Shown here one piece after another: positions 17,937 through 24,369 of a stretch of 24,369 nucleotides of DNA (positions are counted from its first letter, which is position 1; each line of letters starts with the position of its first letter). The position numbers were made by a program, and so were the translations under genes. The DNA is from Nitrososphaeraceae archaeon. GTDB taxonomy: Archaea; Thermoproteota; Nitrososphaeria; Nitrososphaerales; Nitrososphaeraceae. Where the stretch lies: NCBI GenBank assembly GCA_035297365.1, contig DATGZA010000080.1, positions 1 through 24,369 of the forward strand, read 5' to 3'. The notes below the pieces were generated by a model. That model did no database searches, was not told the DNA's origin, and saw only the letters and a program-made list of their open reading frames with translations.

Positions 17937-18767
17937 TTGACAAATGGAACCAGATATAAAATTTCAACTATAATTCCTGCTAGAAATGAAGAAAAATTCA
18001 TTAGTGAGACTCTTTCATCTTTACTTAAACAGGATATAATAGAAAATAGAATCATAGTAGTTAATGATGGTTCTGAAGATAACACCAAAAAAATTGTTTC
18101 AAGCTTCAAGCAAGTTGAAATTATCGATATTAAAAACAGAGGATTTAACGCCCAGGGAACACCAATTCTTGCAAAGGTAATTAATACTGGATTAGATAAA
18201 TTACGAGGCGACACCAGTGAATATGTTATGATTTTGGGAGCAGACCATATTTTGCCTCCCAATTATATATCTCTAATCCTCAAACACATGGATAAAGATC
18301 ATGAATTAGCTATTTGCTCTGGACAAATTAGAGGTGAAAATAGTGTTGTTCCACGGGGGTCGGGAAGAATAGTACGTCTTGATTTCTGGAGTAAAATAGG
18401 ATTACAATATCCGACCAATTATGGTTTTGAAACTTATTTGTTAATAAAAGCTCAACAACTAGGGTACAAAATTCAAATATTAAGTAATTTAATAAGCTCT
18501 ACTAAGAGACCAACTAGAACATCTTATAAAAAAGAAAATTATATTTCTTATGGAAAATCACTTAAAGCCTTAGGATATAGCACATTATATTCATTGGCTA
18601 GGATAGGTTTGATATCATTAAAAAACCCCAAGGGTGCATTCTATATGGTTCAAGGTTATGGAAGCAAAGATTTAAACTTGTATGAAGATGATTTTAGGGA
18701 ATTTCTAAAGACAATACAACATAAAAGAATAAAGAGATACCTAAAACTAATGATTAGAAATAATTGA
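17937..18767 (+). CDS. Glycosyltransferase family 2
   Basis: IIPARNEE..I..TL.SL..Q, VVNDGSEDNT. The DxD position reads GAD. Confidence 0.88.
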   Translation: MTNGTRYKISTIIPARNEEKFISETLSSLLKQDIIENRIIVVNDGSEDNTKKIVSSFKQVEIIDIKNRGFNAQGTPILAKVINTGLDKLRGDTSEYVMILGADHILPPNYISLILKHMDKDHELAICSGQIRGENSVVPRGSGRIVRLDFWSKIGLQYPTNYGFETYLLIKAQQLGYKIQILSNLISSTKRPTRTSYKKENYISYGKSLKALGYSTLYSLARIGLISLKNPKGAFYMVQGYGSKDLNLYEDDFREFLKTIQHKRIKRYLKLMIRNN

Positions 18768-18835
18768 ATAGATCAATTTTCAATATTCAATCATGGATAT
18801 TTTTAATATTTTTTTAACATTTTAGGAATTTACGT

Positions 18836-19647
18836 ATGAATATATTGCATGTGTGGGATCAAGCTGGCGTAGCTTGTATATTATCGAAGTTCCAAAGAAG
18901 AATAGGTCATAATGTTTCAATATTAACGACAGGTTATGATCGATTCAAAATTTTTTCATTTTATGATGAACCACTGCTGGATCTAGTTGGTAAGAAATTT
19001 ATTGATTTTGTTCTTGAGGAATATTCACAATATGACATAATTCACGTTCATCCTTATATAAAATTGTGCCTCTAATACGGAAAAAAAATAAAAACAAATT
19101 TATTATTTTATATTATCATGGGTCAGAATTACGTAATGGGGTTTCTAACAAGTCTTTAAAAAACGTAATATTAAGAGCTGAGAATAATTCAAATCTGATA
19201 CTTGTTTCTACTCCTGATCTATTAAAATATTCTCAAATGGCAATTTATTTAAACAATCCAATTGATCGTGAACCCTTCAAACCCGTTAGATATAGAAAGT
19301 AATGATATCTTACTATGAAAACAGATAACTTGAATATTGGCTTACTAAAAAATTATTTAAAATCAAATAATCTTGAATTTATTTTACAAATTCATGATAG
19401 AAAAGCTAATCCCATTTTCTACAATGACATGTCGTATTTACTTAATAAATTTGATTCCTATGTGGATATTCATTTTATTAATAATCGTTTGCTTGAAAAT
19501 TTTAGTAGAACACCATTGAAATGTTTTGCTTACAACCTCAAAGTTTTAACCTATGATTTAAAAATAATTAATAATTTTCCTCAGAAACATGATGGATATG
19601 GTATAACAGCAAAACTTATGTCCATAATAATAAAATCTAATTCTTAA
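18836..19647 (+). pseudogene. Fragmented GT-B (GT4-like) glycosyltransferase
   Basis: Three consecutive ORFs. MNILHVWD...YDIIHVH is followed by a frameshift near 19051, then YHGSELR...VSTPDL...NPID, tandem in-frame TAA TGA at 19300-19305, then a C-terminal half in the same frame. Confidence 0.72.
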
Positions 19648-19714
19648 GTTACTATTTTATTTAATACCCTTTATTCAAGGGTTATATTTATACTTAAATA
19701 CTAAATGTTAATAA

Positions 19715-20329
19715 GTGTCTTACAATCTCTTCGACTATTGGAAAGAACGTGCAAAGATATATAAAAAAATTTCGTTACGATAAATATAAAATTTAAGAGG
19801 AATTTCTTCTAGATCACCTTGACGCCCTCAATAACTTTCATTCTGTATTGGAGTTGGGATGTGAATTTTGTCGAATCACCAAATTATTGTTAACTAGGTA
19901 TTCTGAAATTCAAGAATATTTGGCAGTAGATCTATCTGTCCATCAAATAGAAAATACGAAAACTTATTTAGATTCAATAATTTTCTTGCATAAAGGACTT
20001 GACTTTCAAGTATATAATATACAGTCATTTAAATCAGAAAAGAAATATGATTTGGTAATTCTTTCTGAAGTATTGATGCATATATTACCTTCTGAAATAG
20101 ACTCGATAATAGGAACATTAGTATCTTTGTCAAATAAACACATAATTAATATTTATTGGTTCGAGGAAACACTACCAGAAAAAATTGCTACACATAATTT
20201 TATTCATCCTTATGAACTACTAAGAAATATTCTGATGTGTCATCGGTTCAACGGATTCCTGTTAGACAAAAAAAAATATTCGGATCCATCGATACCAGAC
20301 AATCGATTTTCCACATTAGATTAGATTAA
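19715..20329 (+). pseudogene. Disrupted class I SAM-dependent methyltransferase
   Basis: GTG 19715 SYNLFDYWKERAKIY, frameshift in the A7 run 19763-19769, in-frame TAA 19794, motif I SVLELGCEFCR, AVDLS, YDLVILSEVLMHI. A second frameshift near 20220 would restore a tail ending DTRQSIFHIRLD* at 20329. Confidence 0.72.
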
Positions 20330-20365
20330 TTTATTAAATCTTCTTGAATAAATTATCTTTCATTT

Positions 20366-20803
20366 TTAATTGTCATCATTATCTCTTTTTTCATCTTTTA
20401 TCCTTTCTTTTCCTTTGGTTATTTTTAGTAACATTTCTCTCATTTCCTTTTTTTCTTGGTCTGAAACTTTACCATCAATTAGATCAATTACAAATAACCA
20501 CATAGTAGCTCCGATTTTATTTTCTTTGAATAGTGCTTCAGCTTCTATCTTCCATTGACTTTTTCTATGCCAATAGCCTATTAGTATTCCTATTGGTACG
20601 TACAAAGCAACGAACACTACTGCGAATCCAATAATGTTACCCCCTGTAATTACGTCTACAGAAGGAATTTTATCCAATAGTAATTTGTATTGGATGGTTA
20701 TAAAATTTGCGAAAGTCATAATAAAAATTAAATATATACTATGTCCTTGCCTAAAATCTAACCAACGTCTTCTAAACCAATTATTATCTTTTTTATATTT
20801 CAA
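20366..20803 (-). CDS. Small hypothetical membrane protein (2 TM)
   Basis: WFRRRWLDFRQGHSIYLIF, two hydrophobic stretches, charged C-terminus. ORF-track start is TTG. Confidence 0.78.
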   Translation of the reverse strand: MKYKKDNNWFRRRWLDFRQGHSIYLIFIMTFANFITIQYKLLLDKIPSVDVITGGNIIGFAVVFVALYVPIGILIGYWHRKSQWKIEAEALFKENKIGATMWLFVIDLIDGKVSDQEKKEMREMLLKITKGKERIKDEKRDNDDN

Positions 20804-20852
20804 TACTGTTGTTATTATTTTATTTTAGTTAAATTGTTTACGTTGTTTCAAA

Positions 20853-22298
20853 CTATTGATTCAATATAATGTCGAAATTTCCTTTTGAGAATAAGATTGT
20901 AAATGATTGATTAATATTCATAATATCATTATGGTTACCAATGTAAATACCTTTTTTCATCCACATGTGGTTTTTAAAATCAAAAGTCCTGTTGTCTTTT
21001 AATAAAATTTTCATCCACCCTTTCAAGTAAACATTGCCATATATTTTGGCGTCTGTGTGCGTGTTTTTATTTATCCATTCCGTTGTAGTTATTAAGTCTC
21101 TGTTGTCTTTTATATCAATCGAATTAAATTGCATTGACGGAGGCATAAAGAAGTCAGTATGCTCTCTGAATATGCCATATATTGGAAGTGGTTGGTCATA
21201 AGGGAGTATCATATATCCTAATCCTATTATCACAAAGAATGAAAGCACAATACCAAAAACTAAATTATTTCTATTTAAATGTCTATATTGATATAATAAA
21301 TAGTTCATACCAGCAAAAGAAATGATCGAAATAAAAATACCAGAAAGTATAATCCATCTATCCGGAAGTAACAGGTTGGTATTAGGTAAAACAATCCAAC
21401 TAAAAGATCCGACCAGTACCAATATTGTGGGAATATAAAGGATATTTGTTTTAAGATATCTCAATCCGAACAAAAAGGTTGGAAGTATTAATATGTTAAC
21501 CTTTAAAAATAACAATAGCATATTAATTTGACTGTAACTCTGGTCAATTGTAATATCACCTTCAAGTAATTTATTAATATTACTTACTATTGGATAATTA
21601 TCGATTCTATTAATAGTGGAGAATGTGATTAATATTATCATTCCTATTGCTATTATCGAGTATAAGTATTTCCAGTTTTTCTTTATCGCAAAATATAATA
21701 TTAAAGAGAGAAAAGCCAGGAAAGATAACATTATATCAACAAAAAAAATAAGGGTTAATAAAGAAAAAATTAATAATATTTGAAACTTCCTATATCCTTT
21801 TTTACCATCAACTATATAAAGTACAACAAAAAATAAAATCAAACCAAGTACGTCCTTATGTAAATCCCATCCTGTTCTCAATACTGATATTTGGAATATA
21901 ATAAATAAAGTCATACAAAGTCCTTTAGTTTGAGAAAGTTGAAATTTTCGAGACCATAAGTAAATAACTATTGAGAAAATACCGTAACATATAACCGATA
22001 AAACAATAACAGAATTATGGGGGTTTAAACCGAAAGTTGTATGAAAAAAGTGTAACAGAATTGGATAAATTTGCAATTTTTGGATATACAAATTATTTTC
22101 AATATCAGAAATCGAAGGAATATAGTAATTAATTGTATCATATCCTATAGGAAAAGGGTATGAAATCAATTCAGGGACAATCCTAGTTACAACTCCAATA
22201 AAAAATATATAAAAAATAATCTTGTGTCTCTTTATGATTTGGAGAAAATTAATAGAATTTACTTGAATGATTATAAAAATACTTTTTGCAATAGGCAA
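20853..22298 (-). CDS. Polytopic membrane protein, GT-C-fold glycosyltransferase-like
   Basis: About 11-13 hydrophobic segments, first loop PIGYDTINYY, WDLHKD, LPDRW, soluble C-terminal domain with EWINKNT. Family assignment is tentative. Confidence 0.6.
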   Translation of the reverse strand: MPIAKSIFIIIQVNSINFLQIIKRHKIIFYIFFIGVVTRIVPELISYPFPIGYDTINYYIPSISDIENNLYIQKLQIYPILLHFFHTTFGLNPHNSVIVLSVICYGIFSIVIYLWSRKFQLSQTKGLCMTLFIIFQISVLRTGWDLHKDVLGLILFFVVLYIVDGKKGYRKFQILLIFSLLTLIFFVDIMLSFLAFLSLILYFAIKKNWKYLYSIIAIGMIILITFSTINRIDNYPIVSNINKLLEGDITIDQSYSQINMLLLFLKVNILILPTFLFGLRYLKTNILYIPTILVLVGSFSWIVLPNTNLLLPDRWIILSGIFISIISFAGMNYLLYQYRHLNRNNLVFGIVLSFFVIIGLGYMILPYDQPLPIYGIFREHTDFFMPPSMQFNSIDIKDNRDLITTTEWINKNTHTDAKIYGNVYLKGWMKILLKDNRTFDFKNHMWMKKGIYIGNHNDIMNINQSFTILFSKGNFDIILNQ

Positions 22299-22300
22299 TT

Positions 22301-23635
22301 TTATAGTATTTTAGATTCAACAATTGATCTGGTAGCATCAACTAAATTTGTTGCATCAATTTTATTATGTACGTATGATATCGCTCCCATTTTATTAGGT
22401 AAAAAGAATATTTTGTATTTTGCCATTAACGCAAAATGAAAATTTTTAAGCATCTCTGTATTACATAAAGCAACATCATTCGCGTTTCTTATCTTTATAT
22501 CCTTGTTAACCAAAAAATGTATATGAAATAATGATCCCATTCCGGTAACAATCGCTTTTACGTTATTCTCGTAGAAAACTTTCTGAATTTCAGTCCGTAT
22601 ATAATTTCCTAACTCATTTATCTTTCTATAAACATCTATTTCATTTCTCTGTAGAAATTTTAATGTCTGTAAACCTGAAACCATGGTAACAGGATTTGAA
22701 GAAAAGGTTCCTCCTCCAATTGAGCAATAAGATTCTCTATTCAATTTCCTTGTAGGGTTAGCCATTGATAATATTTCACTTTCACCACAAACTATTCCTA
22801 TAGGCATACCTCCTCCAGCTATTTTTCCTAATGTGAACAAATTTGGTTCCAATTTAAACATCTTATAAGCTCCATGGATTGATACTCTGAAGCCAGTAAC
22901 AATTTCATCTAATATAAAAATAATATTATTCTTCTTAGCGAATTCCTGCAGGCCTAGCAAATAGTCATGTTCTGGCATTATACATCCAGCCCCTGCAAGA
23001 ATTGGTTCAACGATAATACAAGCTAGATCATTCTTTAGAGGAGTTAAAATTTTCAAGGAATTTTCAAGATTATTAAATGGTATCGATTTGATGTATTTTT
23101 CTTCAGGATTAAATCCCATTCCTTCTTTCGAGTCAAATGGATAATTTACACTTTTTAAAAGAGTTGAATTAAAACCATGCCATCCACCAATAATTTTTGC
23201 TACAAATTTCTTCATAGTCTTTGCACGAGCCAACCGGACAGCATACATTGTAGCCTCAGAACCAGTTGAAGCAAATCGCATCTTTTCTGCCCTTGGCATT
23301 AATTTTTGAATCATTTCAGCTAACTCAACACTTACATTATTTACAGTTCCAAATAATATTCCATTCTTTACTTGATTTATGACTGATCTTGAAACGGCAT
23401 CAGGCGAATGCCCCAATATTAACGCCCAATGGCCCATCCAATAATCTACATAGATATTATTGTCTACATCTGTGAGAATTTTTCCCTTAGCTTTTTTTAC
23501 AAAAAAAGGATAGGGAGCAAAATACCTAATATTATGACTAATTCCCCCAGGAAAAATTTTATCAGATTTTTTATAAAGATAATTTGATTTTATAGTATTT
23601 CTTTCATATGTTCGCTGATATTCAGGTAATTGCAT
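22301..23635 (-). CDS. Class III PLP aminotransferase, glutamate-1-semialdehyde 2,1-aminomutase-like
   Basis: DVDNNIYVDY, LILGH, STGSEAT, WHG, IIVEP, ILDEIVTGFR, LGKIAGGGMPIG (PLP Lys), GGTFSSNP. Confidence 0.85.
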   Translation of the reverse strand: MQLPEYQRTYERNTIKSNYLYKKSDKIFPGGISHNIRYFAPYPFFVKKAKGKILTDVDNNIYVDYWMGHWALILGHSPDAVSRSVINQVKNGILFGTVNNVSVELAEMIQKLMPRAEKMRFASTGSEATMYAVRLARAKTMKKFVAKIIGGWHGFNSTLLKSVNYPFDSKEGMGFNPEEKYIKSIPFNNLENSLKILTPLKNDLACIIVEPILAGAGCIMPEHDYLLGLQEFAKKNNIIFILDEIVTGFRVSIHGAYKMFKLEPNLFTLGKIAGGGMPIGIVCGESEILSMANPTRKLNRESYCSIGGGTFSSNPVTMVSGLQTLKFLQRNEIDVYRKINELGNYIRTEIQKVFYENNVKAIVTGMGSLFHIHFLVNKDIKIRNANDVALCNTEMLKNFHFALMAKYKIFFLPNKMGAISYVHNKIDATNLVDATRSIVESKIL

Positions 23636-23736
23636 AATTGAGATGTTGAAAAGAAATAAAGAACTAATTTATATGTTATCGGAAAAAATTGTTAATTTTT
23701 ATTAAAATTGATACAAAAAAATATCAAATTTATAGA

Positions 23737-23751
23737 CCGAAGATTTATATG
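23737..23751 (+). promoter_or_regulatory. rRNA operon promoter (BRE + TATA box)
   Basis: CCGAAGA followed by TTTATAT (23744-23750). GC content rises about 25 nt downstream, consistent with a transcription start near 23775. Confidence 0.65.
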
Positions 23752-23774
23752 ATATTGTGGAAGATGGAATTTAG

Positions 23775-23957
23775 AACGCAAGGCATAGGCGGCATCAATA
23801 ATGATGTTGGTCATGGACCAAAAAGTGACTTATTGATCTCCATTTGCGCTCATATTATGAGGATTTAATAAATCTGATTAAATCTGATATGGTTACAAAC
23901 CCGCACAATTCATAGTTGTCCGACCGTACTCTTATATTTATTATTAAAAAAGGATTG
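23775..23957 (+). other. 5' external transcribed spacer of the pre-rRNA
   Basis: Lies between promoter and 16S. Short hairpins: GCATCA/TGATGT, GGTC/GACC, CTCATA/TATGAG, GATTT/AAATC. Confidence 0.55.

Positions 23958-24369
<412 letters not shown>

Noticed and set aside
19072-19098. A-tract as a phase-variation switch in the GT4-like gene
   Set aside because: The frameshift maps upstream (~19051) outside the tract, and additional stop codons would keep the gene off anyway.
17846-22439. ORFs 17846-18262, 20370-20558, 20634-20828 and 22224-22439
   Set aside because: Antisense overlaps of supported genes.

Overview
AT-rich archaeal chromosome segment. The 5' part of the 16S rRNA gene at the right end and the gene content point to a soil-type ammonia-oxidising archaeon (Nitrososphaeraceae, Nitrosocosmicus-like; recognised by eye, not by database search). 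Left part is housekeeping: CDC48 3' end, tetraether lipid synthase (Tes/GDGT-MAS), a crotonase probably of the HP/HB carbon-fixation cycle, thrB, GPN-loop GTPase, a UPF0104 membrane protein and family-4 UDG. The middle holds the most unusual locus: an LbpA/GcvH-like lipoyl-carrier domain fused to a TusA-like domain, convergent with a two-domain rhodanese, followed by a dimeric dUTPase, a stand-alone MtrA-like corrinoid protein and cobO. Next come aIF2alpha-nop10 (nop10 is missing from the ORF track), a secreted beta-helix protein and a GGR-family flavoprotein. Then follow a ~1.1 kb decayed IS630 element, a partly pseudogenised glycosylation cassette, two membrane proteins, a HemL-like aminotransferase and the rRNA promoter/leader. 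All calls come from motif recognition without tools.
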